IMG/VR virus record: IMGVR_UViG_3300025621_000052
Span: 1-25,563 of that record
Strand: one strand, 5' to 3'
Source of the DNA: a virus
Lineage: Duplodnaviria > Caudoviricetes
Length of the DNA stretch: 25,563 nt
Every line of letters starts with the position of its first letter. Position 1 is the stretch's first letter. This document shows, one piece after another, positions 9,501-16,800 of the stretch. Position numbers and translations under genes: made by a program. Below the pieces are notes generated by a model. That model had not been told where the DNA came from. It was given only the letters and a program-made list of their open reading frames with translations, and did no database searches.

Positions 9501-10111
9501 ACAGCAGCATATTCAGGCATTAATGGAATAAATTCATTTGTCCCAAAAGTTCCTTCTGTTAAATTAAAATAATCTTTAGCAATCTCATTTTTAGCTTTAG
9601 GTGTTTTTGAGTTTACCGAATCTAGTGTTTTGTTTAAACTTATTGCTTCAGAGCTAGGTAATTCCGGCTGCTCGTATTTTGTTTGTATCGGCGCATTATA
9701 TAGCTTTGCATATTCTTCAAAAGTTTCAGGGTACAACTGTCCATTAGAGCTTTCTTTTCCTGCAAAATCTCTTTGGTATAAATCGCTTCTAACTTCTTGT
9801 CCTCCTTTGAATTTTATATACTCTATTTTTTTAGGCTTTCTTTCTAAGTCACCTTCAAATTCAATTTTTACGGGCTGTTCTTGTTCCTCCAATGAACCAT
9901 CTTCCGAGGTGGAATCCCCATTTGATGCTTGACTTGTCTCCGGAGTTACAGACGCATCGGTCTCCGCATCTCCGTTCTGAAAATTTTCAGTTGGGGGTGT
10001 TTCTTCAACAAGTACCGCATTTGGATACTCTGCTAAAAACTTATCTAATTTTTCGGGCTTTACATTAAATTGCTTTGCGTCCCTGTCTGGAGATGTTCTA
10101 TATATAGGCAT
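539..10111 (-). CDS. Giant virion-associated ejection / polyvalent protein (3190 aa) with zincin HExxH, sigma70-r2-like and HAD-like modules
   Basis: Uninterrupted 9.57-kb ORF, last of three ejection-like genes after the tail genes. Visible motifs: HELGH (aa 1117), E-x4-L-x5-KFDP-x8-Y (aa ~1419-1455), DFDDT/TAR/K/DD (from aa 2215), Gly/Ala-rich hydrophobic stretches and coiled coils. The ORF is secure; the function is inferred. Confidence 0.8.
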   Translation of the reverse strand: MPIYRTSPDRDAKQFNVKPEKLDKFLAEYPNAVLVEETPPTENFQNGDAETDASVTPETSQASNGDSTSEDGSLEEQEQPVKIEFEGDLERKPKKIEYIKFKGGQEVRSDLYQRDFAGKESSNGQLYPETFEEYAKLYNAPIQTKYEQPELPSSEAISLNKTLDSVNSKTPKAKNEIAKDYFNLTEGTFGTNEFIPLMPEYAAVKNKEGKLVPIGESTAGREYTIDKSGFSNKRVYTNSYEEDLKNYLGEEKYNTWTEVQEKARLANETLTPENINKYIDLSKIEQNTITDVVTRQKKEAAANYMINNDIPESEQFKIAAELEGDNGALEVVQENKREAALRKKDNADFEAKFGRPLTSKETIQGRTYIPYNEEASEERLNNALKEYQASSEADLQERYKKLDQQLNDYTERGATPLEEIKADYDYLLGNIEENFNNTDDPEYRQLLQDQYAKTFREGNAAMSAEWNNLDQQRQAMMTESDRITKRAGQLSKFKIAQEAAYKTYELDDRMAMVMENSFLGSGAMLGASTKKFLLGDVPIAIARAYASDDINADLAEQRILESQWYGDLVADKGAAIDYNQRLQSRNEEKLFRPTLDNEGLSTSDYLGMTLVDNSPSILVALATSGSGALVNIGGRMVAKNIIRSALTKAATKSGVQNLGTAMTAAAWNKGVNRLAMSVFFTMEAGGQMANLEIAQREAAKIKEEITQALLETDDPTEISELKKILADQEDVLNMSQTQKSFNSLVYGGIASLAERFGTLGFINNFQKYSRAIGYNEFRKVMNRSIARALSKTVGATTAVGIGGGIEYLEEGFTLVGQNFSDIVILGEDKNLFEGLDKDFAANTMITSFAIGGPMASQNIYSAIASEFRNSREARKEAKLRTEILEIQKELNSDQLTADARNILRKRRRAALKELSLENTNIVLKVNDLTAEEFEAITEANREIRLLEKEAAALGASGDVSNWSTKEMDRLNEELTKIKGERESVFQKKDQEMEKILKDIDGLGNKVEAAANVQLYFYSKNIIKGQNNVNSTEINSAEQLEEYVNQKVEDDQGNEKDKFNEVEKNTLRKGYKDRNYAANTTVQGKTSNEVVLFKENIIASALTQDRYTGRIAAMSPLHELGHIQTRNAGIIKNDRVVGDGKKMVEGIIAEVTALREAGTISKEVFDIFNKRVLAYKKEEYADTNGIDADELIQLVADLTNIGALPKSSYNKVYEIKTGINSIMRFLNGDASMYFKLDDASSIFQFVSSWTKKAVKGKSLNIDTDEEEGTTKLSRKLTEAEEDRMEAIDQEIGEIGDDLMQGFIDQDTHDRKIAKLEEEYENIENPPKVKAEPKPKAKRKAKSDIDAPQASKKDEQKLSDVTAKSKKKLDAVGNNPEGFDANDPVIYETLDGMIRSKVKAFKTAGNNIVNLTNLPGFEMDNMVSETIASLIPYIKKFDPSKNDSLFGYTMAQLSNRMRGALKTGRVTENTFTEDVTAAKNITADESSNEVKEKPKYRNLTDAGVVSDEVIKAVKAKLKMVLRTLKSRMDAAISNNRTVTPLMAEIQFEMGKQADIDLKAAMGGKKDGKLRKFLLKTKKATLQNMTTTWLMGKDGQGGIPQAIQKQLKENGKWVSYPAWVGKEIAREKTSTDDAGRTSGALLVRRHPNIVNYKNVDEIIDDDTYLAQFLQESGNPIRGRKEALAKAMAEEISFEIFTSEIVNPASEISEVFETNQERKLQKGEVLADNLVEQIQRDADRGNVKFSIATKNSAFEKARKDLTVYLKAKFKDDLAQGLFYDPDELKKLRAGDAKLNTLWQNLVDLHVMGAFNNKSVTDKSIEQFAKFNTAGNTDLTTYLNAVVDKAAGDITNIFNENAKDISFANLSETAKLEVDLSLKNILRSLIESKGNVEGVNAFIRMFQPGLTTGTGQSIYGTNVGFMSFIEKLQKKNIEIDAAIKESGLELVENKNGKGFTFFSKESKNSKDKTKTTSVLVQEANAPDFKKLIAGTGYGVLFKDRIDLSEKSAIQFMDMVELLKELVGKDTGITPLAAAVIMNSQGKSMRTAAKTLAKLRAFYKGDGITAKDYTFEHGTPTKQLLIAASNYIMGRGVSKAAVQSIIDKSQITLLPKSIAKSIDAVSQSTFPVPGALKEKNPGDTRMFTNRMTILHPGFTKNNLLDLREVSKLSKDKADIAVKNYSKFSKNLSGPAYTKAINGQKAINNAASIKFSQNPKGISVFDFDDTLARTKSNVLYVMPDGTKGKLNAAQFAAKSETMLEQGAEFDFSEFSKVMKGELGPLFSEAQKKEGKYTNKDIFVLTARPANSAAAIHEFLKSEGLNIPIENITGLGNGSPQAKADWMVGKIAEGYNDFYFADDHMGNVKAVGKALKGKGVKGQTELSIVDFKNQPKAVRDILNTFDVKGPTQRSRVKFSKQLNKNFNDMLERASGIKSRKRLTRVEGEILGKNKGKWKIWMPSSLEDFRGLTEYTFAGKGRQGDADQKFFQDALVKPYWRAINEIDIVKQSLKNGFAALNKQYKPVLKKLGKRVPGMAYTHDQALRVYLWNKAGYEIPGLTRKQERELVRFVQGDAELMAYANGALQVAQKKEWSKPSEYWAVQTILSDINNFTEKTGRKEYLKEFIENSDLIFSENNLNKIEAIYGKAHREAIEDILYRMKNGVNRAASMKRNEQKWNNWLNNSIGAIMFFNRRSALLQLLSTVNFINWSDNNPMKAAAAFADQKQYWADFAMIFNSPKLKQRRSGLKTDVNAAELASAVTGATDKATAALNYLLKIGFTPTQMVDSFAIASGGATFYRNRVNTYLKEKGADGKPKYTRKQAEDKAFKDFIPISDETQQSGDPALISSDQSSSLGRVVLNFMNTPIQLNRSIKKSAQDIYNRRRIPGQTQAQSDFTNFSKIIYYGTIQNAIFSALQAAMFALIPGFNDEEDEEGKMTMEEKTEKKIFAVVNSMVDTTLKGGFGLPGAVVSILKNAIIEYKKQNDKGFLADDSKTLIALLNISPAVGSKARKIVNFAKGERFDKEVISERGWDVTIDGKFNLSPRWNSAGNLVEGITNIPMARVVDEVNSITEALDSRNTAWQRIALALGWKTWNVGAKNEENDLLEIKIKAENKERKAEERKEKRKQEKLLKEMKEKDRRSKLTQDERDIEDFIKKEKRRIKSRNTRAKTKKKKDSLESIENAKFRAALAKKRKEKANKNK

Positions 10112-10143
10112 AATGTGTGTTTATTTAACTTAATATTATTTTA

Positions 10144-11226
10144 TTAGTATTCAGGAATTAAACGCTTTTTAGTTAATTCATATTTTTCTTTACTAACCTT
10201 TATTTCGTCGCCGCCGGCAAATATAAGATAATGTTTGCCATTTCTGAAGTCTACACCTACCGCTTTGCTATCCGCATACTTGGAAGAACTATATTCTTTG
10301 CTTTTCTTTTCGTTATAGCCATCTTGCCCGGCTTTCTTGCGGCTTTCAATTAATCTTTCTATAGTTTTTTTTCTTATCTCATCAACAGTCATTGTTCCAT
10401 TCTCCCATGCTGTACCTAAATCTTCTGTAGGGAATTCGTCTTCAAAATCATATACAAAAGATCTTAGTGAATCTTGGTTTGCAAAAGCTGTTTGTAATTC
10501 CAATCTATACATTTTTTCAGCGTCAGCATTGACTAGCTGACCTGATTTACGCACTGTTTCATTTTGTTTTAATAAACCAACTCCTAGTTTATAGTCTTTT
10601 AACAAAGGGAGGGTGGTATCTTTATAAGGCACCGTTTGCCCATCAATGTTAAACCCTATGTTTCCGCCGTCCATTATACTAAATGGAGCATTTAATCTAC
10701 TATCGCTTTTTCCATCACCGTCTTCATCCACAAAACCATATATGGTTGCATTGATTTTAGAGTTTTCTAGCTTGTTTCCATCGGAATATGTGCCGCTCAT
10801 CATGCCTTCTGTGTATTCCACTTTGCCTTTCTTGTAAGCCTTAAGCTGATCAGCTAAATTTGTAAAGCTATTGTTTACCCCATTCATTATATCAACCTGC
10901 GCCATGTATTCAGGTGAAGTAGTATCTGTCATGTTAGCAAGTGTTTTAGCTGCATCTGCATACTTTTGCCTTTCATTAACTAAGAAAGTTCGCATAGATG
11001 CTGTTTCTTCAGGTGAAAAAGATGTAAAATCTATATCCGTTTTCATTTTACCCATTAAAGAGTTAACCCTGTTCTGGTACTCCTGATTTTTTGTAACTGT
11101 ATTTGGTCTAGTAAAGCCCCTAGCTGATTGTGTGGCTGCTAAAAAACCTTTACCTACCTCGCTTGCCACGTCTACAAATTTCTTCGCTGCTACCCCTGCG
11201 CCTGTTATTAATTGGTTATTTGCCAT
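10144..11226 (-). CDS. Putative internal virion / ejection protein (360 aa)
   Basis: Lies between a gp14/gp7-like small ejection gene and the giant protein. It is helical and has an amphipathic Gly/Ala N-terminus. The call rests on synteny with podovirus three-gene ejectosomes. Confidence 0.55.
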   Translation of the reverse strand: MANNQLITGAGVAAKKFVDVASEVGKGFLAATQSARGFTRPNTVTKNQEYQNRVNSLMGKMKTDIDFTSFSPEETASMRTFLVNERQKYADAAKTLANMTDTTSPEYMAQVDIMNGVNNSFTNLADQLKAYKKGKVEYTEGMMSGTYSDGNKLENSKINATIYGFVDEDGDGKSDSRLNAPFSIMDGGNIGFNIDGQTVPYKDTTLPLLKDYKLGVGLLKQNETVRKSGQLVNADAEKMYRLELQTAFANQDSLRSFVYDFEDEFPTEDLGTAWENGTMTVDEIRKKTIERLIESRKKAGQDGYNEKKSKEYSSSKYADSKAVGVDFRNGKHYLIFAGGDEIKVSKEKYELTKKRLIPEY

Positions 11227-11236
11227 AATTCATGTT

Positions 11237-11854
11237 TTATTTGCTAAAAGCCTCTAATCCAGGCAGTACTTGCGAAGCAGCTCCAGCAATGTTTCCAACC
11301 CCACCTAATATAGATTGTGTTGCTGCGTCTCTCGCTGCATTAGCTGCCCCCAATCTTTGTTGAGACATGCCAAACATCGTATCCACTTTATCTTTTTCCG
11401 CTGCTCTAGAAGCGTATTCTCCTTGTAATTCTTGATTTTGTAATTTTCCGGCCATTTGTCTTTCGGCCATTTGATTTTGTACTTCCTGCCTACCTATATC
11501 CGCCGAGCTTTGCATAGCTGCATTGCTTTGTGCGCCAGCTAATGATTGTGCTAAAGCCGCAATACCAGAACCTCCAGCTGCTCCGGACAAATTATCCATT
11601 GTATTGGCAAACCCGCTTGCTTGCTGCTGCGCTTGGAATTCGGCAGCTTGCGTATTCACAGTTAAGTCTTCCATGGTATTTTCCATGTTCATTGCAAGGT
11701 TAGACGTGTCTGCTCCTTCCATTCTAGCTTTGTTTCTATTAAATTCTGCTTGCGCTGCTTTTTGTTCTCTTTTTCTTTTGCCGCTGCCTATCATACCTCC
11801 AGCAATTCCTGTAAGACCTGACACAACGCCACCTATAGCTCCTATTGGTATCAT
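11237..11854 (-). CDS. Putative small ejection (pilot) protein, T7 gp14 / P22 gp7-like architecture (205 aa)
   Basis: Hydrophobic Gly-rich N-terminus (MIPIGAIGGVVSGLTGIAGGMIG) followed by KRKR, an Ala/Gln/Met-rich coiled core and a Gly-rich hydrophobic C-terminus (ILGGVGNIAGAAS). Confidence 0.7.
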   Translation of the reverse strand: MIPIGAIGGVVSGLTGIAGGMIGSGKRKREQKAAQAEFNRNKARMEGADTSNLAMNMENTMEDLTVNTQAAEFQAQQQASGFANTMDNLSGAAGGSGIAALAQSLAGAQSNAAMQSSADIGRQEVQNQMAERQMAGKLQNQELQGEYASRAAEKDKVDTMFGMSQQRLGAANAARDAATQSILGGVGNIAGAASQVLPGLEAFSK

Positions 11855-11880
11855 ATACTTTTATTTTATTATTATACTTT

Positions 11881-11889
11881 TATTATTAC
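11881..11889 (-). promoter_or_regulatory. Candidate phage late-promoter element GTAATAATA upstream of ejection-gene block
   Basis: Minus strand reads CACGTAATAATA, ending 27 nt from the ATG at 11854. The same 9-mer sits at near-identical spacing before the scaffold gene. Confidence 0.35.
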
Positions 11890-11892
11890 GTG

Positions 11893-12246
11893 TTATTTGC
11901 TGCTTTCAAATATTTCAGATCCTACTAAAAATAGTTCAGCATAGTCTGTTGAATCATTCTTAAACTGAGCTTCGGCATAATAGCCTTTTAGCCCGCTTGT
12001 GTTTACTAATGCTGTTTTGCTAAATAGTATAAAACTACTTGTAGTTATTGCGGAACCCACTATATTAGGTACTAAATCCGCTACAATTTGATCCGGCGTG
12101 CCTGGCCCCGTGCGAAGCACTTGTGTTATGGGTCCTATAATTAGTAAGGTTTCACCGTTAACATCGTTAGAGTAATAAGCGGTATCTCCTACCTGCACGG
12201 AAGCATTCAAGGGCTGGTTGAAGGTGAGTGTAACTTGGTTAGGCAT
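11893..12246 (-). CDS. Small beta-rich tail-associated structural protein (117 aa)
   Basis: Tightly packed in the tail operon (2-nt gap), with an ATT-ATG start. Its N.S.QVGD.AYY and GLKGYYAE..F.N motifs are recalled from Bacteroidota podophage proteins at this position. Confidence 0.65.
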   Translation of the reverse strand: MPNQVTLTFNQPLNASVQVGDTAYYSNDVNGETLLIIGPITQVLRTGPGTPDQIVADLVPNIVGSAITTSSFILFSKTALVNTSGLKGYYAEAQFKNDSTDYAELFLVGSEIFESSK

Positions 12247-12248
12247 AA

Positions 12249-13865
12249 TTATTGGTTTTGATTATTACAGATGGTACAGGTAGCAAAAGTGCTCACTTGG
12301 TTTTGGAATCCTTCGTCTATGTAGTATGTAGGTGTTTCTCCACTTGCAAAGGTGCCTAAAGTAACGCATAATTTCTCACCTGTTGCGGTAGACTTTATTT
12401 GTACAATATTACCAGGAGCATACGGCGCATTAACTAAACTACCTAATTGGCTTTGGTTTGTCCCCCCTGACCAACCGTCAGCATCGCTAACATAGTAGGT
12501 TGTTGCTCCTCCGCATAATGTAGCATTCCATGCACCCCCATCCGATACGTATTGATCCAAATCTAAGGCGCTGGATGTGTTGGTAATTCCTACAGATGTT
12601 ACATTAACTGAAAGTGTTGATGTTATAATAGTAGGCACTGTTGAATTATCCACTACAAAACTAGAGCTAATTACATTAAAATCCCAACTTCCGCCGACAA
12701 GACCGCCTTGATTTGTCCAATCTGCAGGAGGAGGTATAGAATCAACTGTAAGGATACTTGTTGAACTACCCGTAACTATAACGTTAAAAGGAGAAGGCTG
12801 ACTAGACCCCGGTAAAAGTGTAATAGTAGTCGCGGCGTCCGGAGTTATATTTGTATTTGCACTAGTAAAAGCAAAACTTAATGTAGAGTTAACGTATTGA
12901 TTTAGTGTAAACACAGATGGTTGTCCTGTTAGACAAGGAACATAAGGTGCAACAGTACAAAAAGTATTCGCTAGATCCCCTGTTAAAGTTATCGTGTACG
13001 TTGTATTAGCTGTAACCGAAGGGAAAACGACTGGAACAACAAACGTTCCCGTGCTATCTAGAGTGCCAGAAGCATTTACCGGAGAAAATAAGCCAGAAGA
13101 CGTTATATTTAACGCCCAGCTAGCACCCTCTACGCCGTTTACGGTAAAGTTTCTAGTTTCTCCTCCCGTAGGCACGGTATTGCCAACCGGGAAGGAGTAT
13201 GATGTTATTTTTACAGGTGGATTATAAGTTGCTACTGCGTTTGCTGTTAAGCATATATTGTCTCCGCTTACTGAGTTTCCTGGAAAAGTATAAGCAATAG
13301 TAAAAACAACTTGCTCTATTTCCCCATTAGCGTCATAGGACGGAACCCCCGTAATTGTATAATCACTGGCTACACCGTCTACAACAGTTAGGGTAGGCAT
13401 TGTAGGAAAGTAATATGTTGTATTTGCAGTTACAGTGTATGTGCTAAAAGTTGTAGTTGTCCCATAATCTCCAGTAGCGGAATATGAAACACTGGGCGCC
13501 CCTGGTAAAGGAATTTTAACATTACTAACGTTACATTGGTCTATTTGTCCAGATACACTAAGCAGTGAAGGTCTAGCAAATCCTGATCCACATATCTCAA
13601 TAAATACATTGCTACTAGGCATTACCGAAGGGGAATCGTATACTATTAGGCATGTAACCGTTCCGCTACCGGCATTGTTTAAAAATAATACACTATTGAC
13701 ATATTGAGGGTAAGGCAATGTAGGCGAAAAATCAGCTGCATCCAATGTATACCCTGGCAAAGGCGTTAAAAGTAACTCTGTAGTTGGATTATTTATTGAC
13801 CAATCGTTCCCTGCGGTTTCATAAAAGCTTACTACCTCAAATGTAAAGTTATATAGTGTTATCAT
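12249..13865 (-). CDS. Thr/Ser/Val-rich beta-sandwich repeat virion protein, possible tail fibre/adhesin (538 aa)
   Basis: Alternating beta-strand pattern, duplicated VTANTTY, very few K/R residues and a C-terminal Cys cluster ending CTIC. It lies directly after the nozzle gene. Confidence 0.6.
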   Translation of the reverse strand: MITLYNFTFEVVSFYETAGNDWSINNPTTELLLTPLPGYTLDAADFSPTLPYPQYVNSVLFLNNAGSGTVTCLIVYDSPSVMPSSNVFIEICGSGFARPSLLSVSGQIDQCNVSNVKIPLPGAPSVSYSATGDYGTTTTFSTYTVTANTTYYFPTMPTLTVVDGVASDYTITGVPSYDANGEIEQVVFTIAYTFPGNSVSGDNICLTANAVATYNPPVKITSYSFPVGNTVPTGGETRNFTVNGVEGASWALNITSSGLFSPVNASGTLDSTGTFVVPVVFPSVTANTTYTITLTGDLANTFCTVAPYVPCLTGQPSVFTLNQYVNSTLSFAFTSANTNITPDAATTITLLPGSSQPSPFNVIVTGSSTSILTVDSIPPPADWTNQGGLVGGSWDFNVISSSFVVDNSTVPTIITSTLSVNVTSVGITNTSSALDLDQYVSDGGAWNATLCGGATTYYVSDADGWSGGTNQSQLGSLVNAPYAPGNIVQIKSTATGEKLCVTLGTFASGETPTYYIDEGFQNQVSTFATCTICNNQNQ

Positions 13866-13877
13866 ATTATTATTATT

Positions 13878-16800
13878 TTATCTTGGAGTAAAGCAATCTG
13901 TGTCTAAACTATTAACAACTAAGAATTCTGTTTGAATAACATTTACCGCGTTAGCCCTGCCTATACCCTGCACACTAAACTCCCTTGAATCTACATTGTT
14001 GTCGCAATTTGTTGTATAGAAAGTGTCCATGCCCCTTATGTAGTTAAATTTTTTACCTTCCTTGTCTATAAATTCTTTTAGTTGTCCTTCTTGCAAGTCT
14101 GTAACAATAGAATTAACATACCAGCCTTCTGTTTCTCTTATGCGAACAGGTGTTATATTTGCTGCTTGTATTTGTGCTAATGAAAACCACTGCGGATTTG
14201 GAGCATTTGTATTTGTGTACGAGTATTCTTTAGAATCAGTACCACTATAGTTTAAAGTTTTGTACCCTTTAACCATAGCTGGGTTGTCATTAAATATAGT
14301 ATTAAAAGAGCTTTCGTAGTAAGGCCCAATAAGTTCAGAGGCTCCAGGGCCTACTCCATAAAAGGTGTTGTACAAAGGATTAGCTGCGTGCTCATATATT
14401 AATCCGTTTTTAAATGTATAATAAACGTTGTTTATATATGTGGCTGATTCCGGCACATAGACTTTTCTTGAAGTAAATCCGTTTATATCTTCCTTAAATG
14501 ACACAGTCGTGCTGGTAGTCGGTAAACTATTAACAAATTGATTACACAGCGGGTGCTTGTTAAGCCTGTCAAATGTCCCTGCTCCTAAAGTTTGTTGCCA
14601 ATAAGGAGTTAGAGCGTTTAAGGATATATTGTAGTTTCCTTTCTGAACATCGTAAGATCCTATTATAGTTTTATTAACATTTAAGTTATCTGAAAAGAAT
14701 GAGTGCATGCCGTAATCAGATATATCCGTTATACCGTCGCCTGACAATCTAAGCACCGAACCTCTATTAGCATCAGTATAATACATTCTAAAGCCAAACT
14801 CGGCGAATGATTCAGGATTAGTAGCTATGCCAAATTCACCTTGAAAAGTTAATGTCTGACCCAGTACCGCAGCGTTAGATGTTAAGTTAGTGCTCCCGTC
14901 AGCGTTAAATAGAGCGTCTTTCTTAGCCAATATCTTCATTGACTTGTTTTCGCACAAGGTGATTAAATCAGTGTCTCTGGTGTGCAGTTTTTGTATACTG
15001 CCATACTCTGGGTTTACGTCTTTAGTAATGCCCTCCGCTTGTATAAATTGATTTAAGTTATTTGTACTTGATACGGAGTTAAATATTTGCGAGAATATAA
15101 GGCCTGTGGATCTATGCTCCTCCGCGTAAGGTGCATCCAGCGTTGCAGAAGCTTTGACGCCATCTCCTATTATAGGTTGGTTAAAATCGTCCCTAATGCG
15201 ATCTGACTCAACACCATTTGCAAATGAATAACAATTAAACCAAGTTAAATCTTGGGTTTGCCCAAAATCACTTATGTCATAAACACCCGGGGCTTCCCAA
15301 TATATATCTAATTCAGCAGCTTCTTTTGGTTCCGTTTCAAATATAGCAGGGCTAGAGCTAGAAAAAGTATCATCATTTGGGTCTGATGCTAAAAACTCTA
15401 TACCCACGTATGCAAATTGATTAGTAAAATTATATGCTGGGCCGCTGCCTTCAATAATATTTGGAAGAGTGGAAGGATTCCAAGGGAGTGCTGTTGAACC
15501 ACCTTCAAGCTGTTCAAAAGTAAGTGTCCACCTTGCGTATTGGTTTGTCTGTGCATCCCAGGCATCCGAAGCGCTTGAGTTATTAGTACAGTCATAATTA
15601 GTTCCGAGATTAAGCTGGCTATTAGTCACAACATAAACAGTCCCAGTGGGGTCTTTTACGCCGTTGCCAATGTCTACAAACCTAAACATAGTTCCTACTG
15701 TATTAAGCTGCTCCAGTAATCGAGGATTCCGGTCCACTATACCGTGGGCATGGCCATTTGTAGTGTTGGTTCTACCCGCTCCGTATCCGGTAGCATCAGT
15801 TATAACTATTTTCCCTTCAACGTCTGTTCCCTGCCCCCTGCTTTCGCATTTAGGGTTAAATCTATCAATGAATATTCTACCTGTTTGGCCCGTTGCATCA
15901 ACCTGCGGCCAAGACCCTCCTTCTTTCCAGAAACTGCTGTTAAATTCACTAGCGGAACTAAAGTTCCAAAGCGGGGCAATAGCTTTTCTAATAAACGTAT
16001 TGTTATTATTTCTAGCCGCTTGTATTTTTTGCCTTAATATATTGTCTGAGTTTACTTTAACAAAAAACCTTCCGGTAAATTCAGCTTTCTTAACGTCTGT
16101 TAAATCATATAGCGTTACTCCCGTGCCTTCTGGAACTTCTCCGCCAGAAACTGTAGCAAAATTTACATCTGGACCAAATGCGGGGGATACTACTATTCTA
16201 ACAAAATTCTGTGTTTGGTCTAAAGAAAAAGTAGATATTTTATAATACTCGCTTACCTGGCCCGCTGTACCCGTTATTCTTAATTGTAAGCCGGATTCAG
16301 TACGGGTTTCCGCTCCAAACGCTTGATCAAAATTAGTTTTTGGAATTTGCAATTCATTACCGCCTTCGGTAGGTGTGGCTCCTTGCCCTCCACCAAAGTT
16401 GGTAAGAAGATTTCCTTTACCAAGTCTTTGCTGCGTTAAAAACAAAGGGGCCTCGTTTTCTATAGCTATTACTTTATATCTGCTTTTTTCAAAAACAGGT
16501 ATATTGTTATCGTGTTCTTTTTTTAGTATCAGAAAAGTATCTTCGTCTACTTTATTTCTTTCTGCGGACGGAAATGAAAGCCATACATTACCATCTTCTG
16601 CATCATAAAACCTATCTAACGCTAGATTGTAATATTCTCTTGACGTTTCTTTTATGTAATACTTGTAATGTGTAAAATCAGCAAAGCCAGTTAAAGTTTT
16701 ATATTTAGGTGGGTTGCCATTTAGGGTTACTCTTATATTGTTTGCGCTAGCAGAAGATGCTTTTTCTACAACCAAAGAAGCACTATTGCTCGTGAGCACA

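Noticed and set aside
10700-10735. DEDGDG in the 360-aa protein as an RNA polymerase DxDGD catalytic motif
   Set aside because: The context lacks the preceding NADF/GxDF-type residues and the protein looks helical. At most this is a Dx[DN]xDG calcium-binding-like loop.
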